This document shows, piece by piece, positions 1 through 7,837 of a DNA stretch of 40,749 nt. The stretch lies in IMG/VR virus record IMGVR_UViG_3300029183_000200, positions 1 to 40,749 of that record; one strand, given 5' to 3'. A program made the position numbers and the translations under genes. The notes under the pieces are model-generated. The model saw nothing but the letters and a program-made list of their open reading frames with translations, did not search any database and was not told the origin of the DNA. Source of the DNA: a virus. Its lineage: Duplodnaviria; Caudoviricetes. Position 1 is the first letter of the stretch. Each line of letters opens with the position of its first letter.

Positions 1-1
1 C

Positions 2-82
2 CTCGATGAGACTCGTCAGGGCAGCGGTAACATCAAGCTGGTGGTGATGACGCTAGATGATTTCTTAGCGTGGAATGGGTAG
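2..82 (+). CDS. 3' end of a truncated gene, possibly a Holliday-junction resolvase-like nuclease
   Basis: Frame reads LDETRQGSGNIKLVVMTLDDFLAWNG*; the LVVMxLxDF ending resembles small phage PD-(D/E)XK resolvases. Confidence 0.35.
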   Translation, partial: LDETRQGSGNIKLVVMTLDDFLAWNG

Positions 83-115
83 GGCTTACCTATCTCGATA
101 CGCTAGAATGATGTT

Positions 116-240
116 GTCTAGCTTCGTTAGGGCGTTGCCCTGCCCACAGCAGCGGCACGGTGCATAGTGTCTGGCTGCCGGTACGCCTCACCGGTGCTGC
201 GCTAACGTAGGCCAGAGTTGGGGGCTTCGGCCCCCTTCTT
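116..240 (+). ncRNA. putative small structured RNA
   Basis: Nested stems CGTTAG(125-130)/CTAACG(202-207), GCAGC(149-153)/GCTGC(196-200), CCGGT(178-182)/ACCGG(190-194); TAGAAT at 104-109; terminator follows. Confidence 0.45.
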
Positions 241-242
241 TG
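220..242 (+). terminator. intrinsic terminator
   Basis: GGGGGC-TTCG-GCCCCC followed by TTCTTT. Confidence 0.75.
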
Positions 243-306
243 ATAAAATAGAACTGCCCCCGAAGTGGATTTTCAGGGGCAGAAGTCACAGGAAAAGAAG
301 GTTCCC

Positions 307-756
307 ATGACCACATCTCATTCTATACCGCCCAGACTCTTCCGATATGTTGAGGTCAGCCTGAACGGGTGCCTGACGTGGAAAGGCAGGTCGCTAACTT
401 CCGGCTATGGCCGTTTCTACCACAAAGGCAAGCGTTGGAGAGCGCACAGGTTTTTCTACGAGCGACTGGTCGGCCCTATCCCTGATAGCCTAGAACTCGA
501 TCACCTGTGCCGTAACAGACTCTGTGTCAACCATAGACATCTTGAAGCGGTAACACACGCAGAAAATGTACGCAGAGGGGAAGCAGGCAAGCATTCTCCT
601 GAGAAACCACCTCAAACTCATTGCAAGCGGGGCCATGAAATGGCAGGCAGGAACTTAGTCATCATGCCTGCCGTAAGCAGAGGCCGGAGGTACACTCGGC
701 GCAAATGTCGAGCATGCCACAACTTAAGAGACCGCCTCTACAGCCGCCGGAGGTAA
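307..756 (+). CDS. HNH endonuclease (HNH_3/homing type) with C-terminal Cys/His domain
   Basis: GYGRF, AHR, LDHLCRNRLCVNHRHLEAVTHAEN, THCKRGH, CRAC; ATG at 307 preferred over GTG at 265, which lies inside a hairpin. Confidence 0.9.
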   Translation: MTTSHSIPPRLFRYVEVSLNGCLTWKGRSLTSGYGRFYHKGKRWRAHRFFYERLVGPIPDSLELDHLCRNRLCVNHRHLEAVTHAENVRRGEAGKHSPEKPPQTHCKRGHEMAGRNLVIMPAVSRGRRYTRRKCRACHNLRDRLYSRRR

Positions 757-768
757 ACTACATATAAC

Positions 769-875
769 GGTGTTTTGGCGGCGGCGTTAAATCCCGAAGC
801 CGTGAGAGAGCCGCCTGGTTGCAACTGGGCAGAGCGCAAAATGCAGGACAGGGTATTCCTGCCCGCCACAGCACC
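769..875 (+). ncRNA. tRNA-like (non-canonical) structured RNA A
   Basis: Closing stem 769-781/863-875 abuts a T-arm-like stem GCAGGA(843-848)/TCCTGC(857-862); two inner hairpins; no canonical TTCG loop. Confidence 0.45.
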
Positions 876-884
876 TATTTAGCA

Positions 885-964
885 GTAGCCGGGGTGAAAA
901 GGCGATCCGGCCGCGCCTAAGACTCCAAGAGCAATAAACGGGAGCGTTAGCCCCGGCTACTCCA
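885..964 (+). ncRNA. structured RNA B ending in T-CCA
   Basis: Perfect 10-bp stem GTAGCCGGGG/CCCCGGCTAC followed by TCCA; inner hairpins GGCG/CGCC and CTCC/GGAG. Confidence 0.5.
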
Positions 965-1043
965 TTCCAAACTAGAACCCTGTTCGGAACAGCATTCCAA
1001 AGCTACTGGACAGTTTCAAGTGTTTCGATGTCGCTGTCAGGGT

Positions 1044-1610
1044 TTACTGTGCAGCGATCAACGCTTCCAGTTCAGCAATACGAGCGTTCAGTTCGTCTAT
1101 CAGTAGCAGAGAGTTGAACTGCGCCTCGATCACAGCGTCTAGTGTCAACCTTTGGGCATCAGCAGCCTCTTGCATATCACTAGAGATCGCAGCTGTGGAT
1201 GCCTGGTGACTGTTGAAGATCCCCTGAAGCTGGTCAATCCCAGAGTTCATAGACGTAACAGCAGAGTCCATCTGTGTGACACGAGTCCCGGAATCAGTTC
1301 CCCATTGCTGCAGCGACTGGTTCAATGAACTGTTGAGGGCCTGGTTCTCTGCAAGCCACACTTCAAAGTCCAGCCAGCTCTGAGCATTAGTTGTCTGAAG
1401 CAGTTCGTTTTGTGCATTGATCGCCCTAGTACGTTCGTGCTCTGCAGTTATCTCGTTGATCCACAACTGCCAGTCAAACGGTTGTCCGGTACGAGGATCT
1501 ATCAAGCCGGGATCAGGAGTAGGGGTGGAGACTTGCGCTCTTGCCTGCGGAGTTGTGCAGGACACAGTAGCTACAGCGAGGATGAATGTAAGAAGTATCA
1601 GGTATCTCAT
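1044..1610 (-). CDS. secreted or lipid-anchored coiled-coil protein (188 aa)
   Basis: GGGAG RBS then MRYLILLTFILAVATVS-C signal/lipobox-like N-terminus; long heptad-rich helical C-terminal half. Confidence 0.7.
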   Translation of the reverse strand: MRYLILLTFILAVATVSCTTPQARAQVSTPTPDPGLIDPRTGQPFDWQLWINEITAEHERTRAINAQNELLQTTNAQSWLDFEVWLAENQALNSSLNQSLQQWGTDSGTRVTQMDSAVTSMNSGIDQLQGIFNSHQASTAAISSDMQEAADAQRLTLDAVIEAQFNSLLLIDELNARIAELEALIAAQ

Positions 1611-1726
1611 GATGTTTGTGCTCCCGGCCAGAACGGTTACGCCGGATTGTCTGACCGGGAACCCCAACCTATTTAGCTACACCAGCGTTAAGTAACTTCC
1701 TCATTGCCTTGTATTAGCCGACAGAA

Positions 1727-1825
1727 TCAGCTACCGCGTGTCATCGTTGACCGCGGAACATTAACCCGCGTTGCAAACAAGTACGCCAACCCGATAAAAC
1801 CCGTGAGAAGAATCAACCGTTTCAT
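1727..1825 (-). CDS. 32-aa single-TM peptide coupled to the tatC stop
   Basis: MKRLILLTGFIGLAYLFATRVNVPRSTMTRGS*; ATGA overlap with tatC stop; below the ORF-track cutoff. Confidence 0.55.
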   Translation of the reverse strand: MKRLILLTGFIGLAYLFATRVNVPRSTMTRGS

Positions 1826-2718
1826 ACCCGCCTGAACACCTTTCGTATCACAGCTTTAGGACGACTCAAAATCCATCTTACAAGACGCCCCAGACTTCTC
1901 ATCCACAGGTAGTCTCCCTCTGACGGATGCGCTGCCCACGCAAGGAACAACCCGACCTGGTACAGCAAGAGCATCGGCCCAGCAACAAACGCCCATGTCC
2001 ACGGATCTGAGGTCGGCGTGATAATCCCAGCAAAGATCATCATTGCTATGGTGGCGTAGACCGACAGGCTCTTCATCTTCCGGTACGACAAAATGTGCAT
2101 CCGTGAGAGCAGGTACATCACAAGCGGGATCTGGAAGATAACGCCCAGCCAGAACATCAGCTTAAGGATCAGTTCGATGTATTGAGGGAGCGTAATCAGC
2201 GCAACCGCCACACCGTCTGCGAAGTTCAGCAGAAACCGCAGGCTGACCTCAAGCAATATGTAGTAGGCGAACGCCGCTCCAGCGATGAAGAGAACGATGG
2301 ACGTTGGCAGGAAGACCAGCAAGAACCGCTGGTACTTCGGAGGCAGCGTAGGCCGGAAGATGTAGTACAGGCCGAACACAGCAAACGGTGCTGCAGTCAC
2401 AAACCCGCCCAACACGCCGACATTGAGCGTTGTAGCTAGAGGATCGGTCGGTGCTGTAAAAACCGGCGCACCATCAAACGGAGAGAGCCTGCCGTCAGCC
2501 GGAGCCAGCAGCCACCTGAATACATCCTTGTGCTTTATCAGCGTGAACGCACCGCCGGCAAAACCAACCACCGTCACCACTACCAGAACTCGAACTATGC
2601 GCCGCCCGAACCGGAGGAATACATCGCGGTCAGGAAGCCACCCAAAGAGATAGACTATGAGCCGGTTTACAAGCCTGCTGAGAGCATTCCAGTCACCGGG
2701 TTCGGGCGCAGTAACCAC
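1822..2718 (-). CDS. tatC: TatC-family membrane protein (divergent)
   Basis: About six TM segments, PVFTAPTD loop, LFIAGAAFAYYIL, GVIFQIPLV, AGIITPTSDP, PMLLLYQVG match the TatC pattern. Confidence 0.92.
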   Translation of the reverse strand: MVTAPEPGDWNALSRLVNRLIVYLFGWLPDRDVFLRFGRRIVRVLVVVTVVGFAGGAFTLIKHKDVFRWLLAPADGRLSPFDGAPVFTAPTDPLATTLNVGVLGGFVTAAPFAVFGLYYIFRPTLPPKYQRFLLVFLPTSIVLFIAGAAFAYYILLEVSLRFLLNFADGVAVALITLPQYIELILKLMFWLGVIFQIPLVMYLLSRMHILSYRKMKSLSVYATIAMMIFAGIITPTSDPWTWAFVAGPMLLLYQVGLFLAWAAHPSEGDYLWMRSLGRLVRWILSRPKAVIRKVFRRV

Positions 2719-2825
2719 TACGAGTTCTTATCGCTGCCCCTGCTGAACAGGTTCTCGATCTTTTTCCAGACAACCAGGATAACTACCAGCGCAGCAATGC
2801 CGCCAACAATGTATGCCCACTCCAT
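2718..2825 (-). CDS. 35-aa TM plus amphipathic-helix peptide (TatA-like topology)
   Basis: AAGGA RBS; MEWAYIVGGIAALVVILVVWKKIENLFSRGSDKNS*; TAG overlaps the tatC GTG. Confidence 0.7.
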   Translation of the reverse strand: MEWAYIVGGIAALVVILVVWKKIENLFSRGSDKNS

Positions 2826-2845
2826 AAAGAGTTCCTTTCAGAGAT

Positions 2846-3096
2846 TCAACCCAGAATCTTCCCTAAAGCAGCGACACGCGCTTGCATCGCTTTAGCTTTC
2901 TTTTTGAGGTTATACATGACCATCCACGTACCCGACACAGACACGGTGACGACAAATACGACGGTCTCTACGACCGCGGTAACTTCTTCGCTAAAAAAGA
3001 GGGAGCCGCCTGAACGATCTTTACCGCTCCCACGCCCAGTCCAATAGAGACCAGTGCGTACCAGCCCAACCAGCTAACAGGCCCTAGAACAATCAT
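2846..3096 (-). CDS. membrane protein: 42 aa (3096-2968) or ~83-aa two-TM product via -1 frameshift; holin-like
   Basis: ATGA coupling to the upstream gene; in-phase T TTT TTA; the -1 frame gives a second TM and a basic tail. Confidence 0.6.
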
Positions 3097-3416
3097 TTCT
3101 TTTTCTTCCCAACTATGCCGTCGAAGACCGCATTCACTCCGTCACGCGCCCCTTTGCCGTAGGTGCGAATGGCCTCCCATGCAGGCCCCATCAAGACTTC
3201 TTTGGCACGGTCTCGTATCTCAATCACATTGTCCCTGATCTCTTCAGGGGTCGGCGGCTTAATAGAGGACTCATCTTCGCCCTCTTCTTCTGGCTCAGGT
3301 TCCGGTTCGTTGACCTCAGACTTCAGCTCTGCTGGTTCTTGAGGCTCAGGCTCACCGACTACAAGACGAGGCCCGGTGTTCTCAGGTTCTGGATTCTCTT
3401 CTCTGTGCTGTTCCAT
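3093..3416 (-). CDS. hypothetical protein, Glu/Pro-rich N-terminus and amphipathic basic C-terminus
   Basis: ORF tightly packed in the late operon. Confidence 0.75.
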   Translation of the reverse strand: MEQHREENPEPENTGPRLVVGEPEPQEPAELKSEVNEPEPEPEEEGEDESSIKPPTPEEIRDNVIEIRDRAKEVLMGPAWEAIRTYGKGARDGVNAVFDGIVGKKKK

Positions 3417-3418
3417 AG

Positions 3419-3625
3419 CTAGTCCGCAGTTGGGTCTGTGCGATCAATGTCCGCTCGTTGTGACTCACGATACTTTAGCACGATAGCCCTTACCTGCCTT
3501 CTCACAAACTGCTTGAAGTCATCTGCCGAAGCTGGCGAGTCAAGGCCCATGTGCTGCTGCACCGCAGCCCTGACCTCTGCCACATAAGCATCGGGAATTG
3601 TTATCGAAACGGTCTGATCTGCCAT
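3419..3625 (-). CDS. small hypothetical protein following the fibre gene
   Basis: Operon packing, GGAGG RBS. Confidence 0.7.
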   Translation of the reverse strand: MADQTVSITIPDAYVAEVRAAVQQHMGLDSPASADDFKQFVRRQVRAIVLKYRESQRADIDRTDPTAD

Positions 3626-5002
3626 CTACTTACCCTCCGGTAACGCTTCAAGTTTCTGCTCAAGAGCCATGATCCGCTTTGCCTGCTGCCAGATCGCACC
3701 CGACTGTGCTCTGAGCAGTTGAGAGACATTCAGCAACCCGCCCTCGCTTCTGGGCGTCGAATAGATACCAGCCTCGATCAATGTCCGCTCGTTGTACTTC
3801 ACAAACTCGTCCCATTCGTCACGGATAATCCCTTTACGATTAGAGGTAAGTTCAACCGTGCGAAGTAGCATTGCGTCATCGAAGGAGTCCAGTGCGGTAT
3901 TACCGTCTGTGTCTGACGCATGGATGTCTCCGTTGCCTTTCACAAGGAAGCGCATTGTTCCGCTATTCCGCATCCCAAAGGCGTTACCTGCATTAGCCAC
4001 CGTTGTGATATTTGTCCCGCCATCAGTCACCTGCGAGTTCAACTCTGTCACAGCACGGGATGAGGTCGTGTCTGTAGTGTCGGCTGCTTCTCCAAGTCTT
4101 CCGTTCAAGACAAGAGCACCGTTCGCCCCACCATCCGCATCCTTGTAACCACGAATGCTAAGGCCACCAGATGTCCCCTCAGTCTTTACAAACTCAAAAT
4201 AGGTGTCCGCTTCCGCAAGGCTGGTCATCGCGTGCGAAACATCAGATGATTTACCTGCAAGAATTTGATCGTCACTTGCTCCCTGGTTAAGTGTGAGGCC
4301 AACTGTCATATCGGCATTTGTGGTCTCGCCAATAAGCACCAGACCGTTACTGAACAACGTGTCACCAGATCCCACCACTTGAGGATCAAAGATCAGGTTT
4401 GTGCCGTCGTACTGGATAGAAGCGTCACCGCCAGCACCCAGTATCAATGACGTGTCAGCAGGAATAGTGACCGTCCCAGCCGAGCCGTCCAGTCTCAGGT
4501 ACTCAGTCAGTGAACCGTTGGTTAGCGCAGAAAAGGCAAGGTCTCCATCCTGAGTCCCGCCTGATGCAACCGTAGTCGCTTGCCATGTGAGTCTTGCCTG
4601 TTCGTCCTGATTGCCTGCACTGTCAGATAGCTTCAGAGAGATGTAAGCAAGGTCGTCGTCTGCAGGAGTGGCGCGGTCTCCCTCGAAAGTAGCAACCTCA
4701 ACTGAGGCAACGTCTTCGGAACGGGTGACGATCAACGCCTCAAGGTTCGCTGCGCTCTCGTTCAGGTTCATGTGCGAGACCTGGAACCTGTCTCTGGCCC
4801 GAAGTCTTACGATGTCTGAACCGTTGGTTATCCGAACATCGAACTGTCCGAGCGTCGAATGAGAGATCGCCCAGTTACCTGAAGAATCCGTAGTGGTTGA
4901 CGCACGCTGCGGAGTTGTCGTGTCGATGTCGAACAGCTCTACGGTAGCGTCTTCAATCGCCGAACCCGTGTCATCGACCACCGATCCCCTGAACTCTGGC
5001 AT
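3626..5002 (-). CDS. tail fibre-like protein
   Basis: N-terminal Ig/carboxypeptidase-regulatory-like domain, Gly/Thr/Asp-rich beta strands, C-terminal coiled-coil chaperone-like end (GAIWQ..LEQKLEAL). Confidence 0.7.
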   Translation of the reverse strand: MPEFRGSVVDDTGSAIEDATVELFDIDTTTPQRASTTTDSSGNWAISHSTLGQFDVRITNGSDIVRLRARDRFQVSHMNLNESAANLEALIVTRSEDVASVEVATFEGDRATPADDDLAYISLKLSDSAGNQDEQARLTWQATTVASGGTQDGDLAFSALTNGSLTEYLRLDGSAGTVTIPADTSLILGAGGDASIQYDGTNLIFDPQVVGSGDTLFSNGLVLIGETTNADMTVGLTLNQGASDDQILAGKSSDVSHAMTSLAEADTYFEFVKTEGTSGGLSIRGYKDADGGANGALVLNGRLGEAADTTDTTSSRAVTELNSQVTDGGTNITTVANAGNAFGMRNSGTMRFLVKGNGDIHASDTDGNTALDSFDDAMLLRTVELTSNRKGIIRDEWDEFVKYNERTLIEAGIYSTPRSEGGLLNVSQLLRAQSGAIWQQAKRIMALEQKLEALPEGK

Positions 5003-5004
5003 AT

Positions 5005-5280
5005 CTATCCTCCGATAACCGATCTGAGCGCGGATGAAGCGTCGTCCAGCGCGTCATTCTCTGAGATGAATTGTATATCCGATGCTACCGCTTCTAATGG
5101 ATTGACCTCTCGCCCTACTGCTATCGCTGTTCTGGGGAACGCCACAAGGAAACTCACTCCCGTACCTGCAGGGTTGAACAGGAAATCTCTTGGCTCCCGC
5201 CGACCTGTACGGTGCAGTGCCTGGTAGACGGCATACTCCGCATCAGAACCACCTCTGTCTGTAAACTGCTCAGTAGCCAC
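5005..5280 (-). CDS. small protein with degenerate DUF559/Vsr-like nuclease pattern
   Basis: GSDAEYAVYQAL..DF..VSFL...AIAV pattern. Confidence 0.4.
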   Translation of the reverse strand: MATEQFTDRGGSDAEYAVYQALHRTGRREPRDFLFNPAGTGVSFLVAFPRTAIAVGREVNPLEAVASDIQFISENDALDDASSALRSVIGG

Positions 5281-7181
5281 TACTCAACCGCCCTGTCTGT
5301 ATCAGTGGCCTCTGGCTCGGCAAACGTGACCGTCACAGATCCGTAATCTGTCTGTCCTGATTCCTCTGAAGTCTGAAGGTCTAACGTGTCCATCAGGTAG
5401 ACCTGCTCCCCAGACGAGTCAGCGCGGTACGCCACTTCGATCAGCTTCTTCTTGTTCAAGGAAGTGCGAAGGTTCTTGAACTGGGTGACTGGCGGCACAC
5501 CTGCCACGGGCTTTGTTAAGTCTAGGCTGGCACGTATGCCGTAGAGCGTGGTGATCCGCGGTCTCCATGTAAGCGTCAGCTTGATTAGCTGCGGAGTGTT
5601 CGTAGTCGTTGTGCCGCGGGCAAGCGTAATTTTCCACTTCCATGCCCTGAACGAGACTCCCTGCTTGTTCACATCGTTCGGCAGGCGGTACTTCTTTTCG
5701 CCGCCTTCGTCTTTTGTCGCTATCGTGGTGAACGACTCAACGTAATCGGTGGCGTACTCGATCTTCACCGTCTCATCAGTCGTAGGGTTCAGCGTCTCGA
5801 CAATGGCGGAGAGGGCTAGCTTCTGGTGGTTGTGCATGTTCATGTCGAACCACGGCGACTCCAAAACAGCCTCGTCTCCGAACTCTGAATCCGTCACCTG
5901 TAGCGGGTTCACAACGTCCACAGGAAGCTGCATGTAGTAGACACGCTGGTTAGCCGCCCACCACAGCCTGTAAGAGTTGTACGCGTTACCTACGACTCCT
6001 GCGGTAATCCCACGGGCAGACTCACCTGAGAGCCACTTGAACTCCCAGCCACGTTCGTTCCAGCCCAGTATCGACGAGAACCCTGTCTGTGACCCGAAGG
6101 TGACTCCGTGATGAAACCTGACACCACGGGATGCGCGCGTAGAGAGCGAGGAAACAGACTGTGCGGTGGAGGCATCCAGAAGTGCCAGCAAATCGTTGTG
6201 CGAGCCTATCAGGGACGTTATTACGCCCCTTTTGTCAGAAGGCATACCGTGGTCAAGGTCTGGGCCAACTGTCTGAACTACGGTCTGGTCTGAGCCTGCC
6301 TGGAATGAGTAGACCGCATTACCTGCTGATGTGAAGATCCTGCCACGCCATACTTCCGCACCCTTACCGCCGTCTGGGTGGACAGGGAGTTGAAGGTCAG
6401 TCGGCACAAACCTTGCGTTCTCTTCGTCATGAACAAGGATGCCCTGATTCGTGACTGCATAGATGTGCTCGTTACGGTCTGGGCCGCGAGCGACAAGTAG
6501 TTTGGTGACGCTACCCGGTGGCAGTTGAAGCTGAGCATCAGCCGTCCATGTCTCTGTCAGGTCGTCCGTGTAGTACATCTGGCCTGTATTGGTGATGCCC
6601 CAAAGAAGGTCTGCCCAGAAGACAACGTACTTGATTGCCTGCCCGGTGTTCTCTGCCCACGTAGACGAGTTGGTTGCGTAGTCAACATCTGTGCCGTTGG
6701 CGATCACCAGCGTCTCTGTGCCGTTCAGCAGTCCGACAGCAGAATCAGTAGCGGATGCCGCTAGCATGCGTACGCTCGAACCCCATGAATCTGTCGAAGA
6801 GTCGTACACATGAACAGCGGTTCCGTAGGTGGCGAAGACCTCGTCTTGAAAGATGGTCAGTGTGTCAATATTTGTCGCAGTTCCAGCCGCAGTAAGGACT
6901 GCCCTGCGTGGCAGGATGAACGTGTCCTTGTACCGTAGTTGTCCGGTTGACCACCACACGCGCCGAACATCGTCGGGTATGTCTCCGCGCTCGACGCCGA
7001 TACCGTCGCGGAAGTCGCCCAAAGAGAACTCCGAAGCGAGGGGGTTGGACGAGTCTGAGAAGTCTCCTATTGTGACCTTGCCGGGCTGCCTTGAGGCGAG
7101 GAAGTTCTGAACGCGCCCGTTCAGCCGGTACGTCTTCCGGTCGATGCGGATCAGGTTCTCTTCTATCGGCTGAGAGGTCAT
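5280..7181 (-). CDS. tail nozzle/tubular protein B-like (beta-propeller)
   Basis: 633 aa, Trp/Asp-rich beta repeats, located downstream of the adaptor. Confidence 0.6.
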   Translation of the reverse strand: MTSQPIEENLIRIDRKTYRLNGRVQNFLASRQPGKVTIGDFSDSSNPLASEFSLGDFRDGIGVERGDIPDDVRRVWWSTGQLRYKDTFILPRRAVLTAAGTATNIDTLTIFQDEVFATYGTAVHVYDSSTDSWGSSVRMLAASATDSAVGLLNGTETLVIANGTDVDYATNSSTWAENTGQAIKYVVFWADLLWGITNTGQMYYTDDLTETWTADAQLQLPPGSVTKLLVARGPDRNEHIYAVTNQGILVHDEENARFVPTDLQLPVHPDGGKGAEVWRGRIFTSAGNAVYSFQAGSDQTVVQTVGPDLDHGMPSDKRGVITSLIGSHNDLLALLDASTAQSVSSLSTRASRGVRFHHGVTFGSQTGFSSILGWNERGWEFKWLSGESARGITAGVVGNAYNSYRLWWAANQRVYYMQLPVDVVNPLQVTDSEFGDEAVLESPWFDMNMHNHQKLALSAIVETLNPTTDETVKIEYATDYVESFTTIATKDEGGEKKYRLPNDVNKQGVSFRAWKWKITLARGTTTTNTPQLIKLTLTWRPRITTLYGIRASLDLTKPVAGVPPVTQFKNLRTSLNKKKLIEVAYRADSSGEQVYLMDTLDLQTSEESGQTDYGSVTVTFAEPEATDTDRAVE

Positions 7182-7837
7182 TACGGGAAGTGCCTGTATC
7201 CAATGGCTCGCACCGTGAACTGGGACATACCGCTAGATAGGTCGTCGTTCACCACGCTAACCAGCCTGTCTTGAGTGCCACGGCCTATCCTTAAACCGCC
7301 AGGAACTGCCTCTCCAATAGGTATCGACACCAGCGTTCCGTCAGCGTTAGTTGAGAAATCAGTCAACTCCCACGTAGTAGTCGTGTTCCCATACCCGAAG
7401 TCTGTGCCTGACTGAAGGATGATCTCACCGCCAGTGGTCGCCTTTTCGATGATGAAGGTCTCAACTCCAGCCTCTTCCACTTTCAAATCCCAACCTGTAC
7501 CAAGAGCGGCAATCCCGCCAAAGTCTCCGTGAGAGACGTTACCTGATGCATCAGCAAGGAATACGACCAGCCGTGTAAGCCTGACATCATAATCTTCACT
7601 GGAGTCGATAAAAAACTCCTGCGCTGTTACGGAACCGTCCACAGTCATATTTGTGGTTCCAGACCCGGCTCCAGTCGAGCCCAGCAGCTTGTTGAAATAC
7701 TGGAATCGAGAAGGCATCCCGATATCTGGCGGGTCGCCAGGATGAACTTCAACTCTTAGAGAGTTGTCATCACCAACAAGAGCCTGACGCTCTGCGCCAG
7801 ACTGCTTATTACGCCCCTTTATACCGACATCTATCAC
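7181..7837 (-). CDS. putative virion structural protein
   Basis: Beta-rich, Gly/Thr/Asp-rich, in tail cluster. Confidence 0.6.
   Translation of the reverse strand: MIDVGIKGRNKQSGAERQALVGDDNSLRVEVHPGDPPDIGMPSRFQYFNKLLGSTGAGSGTTNMTVDGSVTAQEFFIDSSEDYDVRLTRLVVFLADASGNVSHGDFGGIAALGTGWDLKVEEAGVETFIIEKATTGGEIILQSGTDFGYGNTTTTWELTDFSTNADGTLVSIPIGEAVPGGLRIGRGTQDRLVSVVNDDLSSGMSQFTVRAIGYRHFP

Noticed and set aside
769-875. Canonical tRNA-Cys (TTGCAA in a loop)
   Set aside because: No T-loop consensus, wrong arm spacing and no 7-nt anticodon loop on a 5-bp stem
885-964. tmRNA or hammerhead ribozyme
   Set aside because: Too short for tmRNA with no tag ORF or T-arm; no CUGANGA core
963-1001. CATTCCAAA direct repeat as an att site
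   Set aside because: Only 9 bp, two adjacent copies, and no integrase in the window
3093-3230. TatA-like helix (IRTYGKGARDG) in the 107-aa protein
   Set aside because: No preceding TM segment and the similarity is too short to call homology
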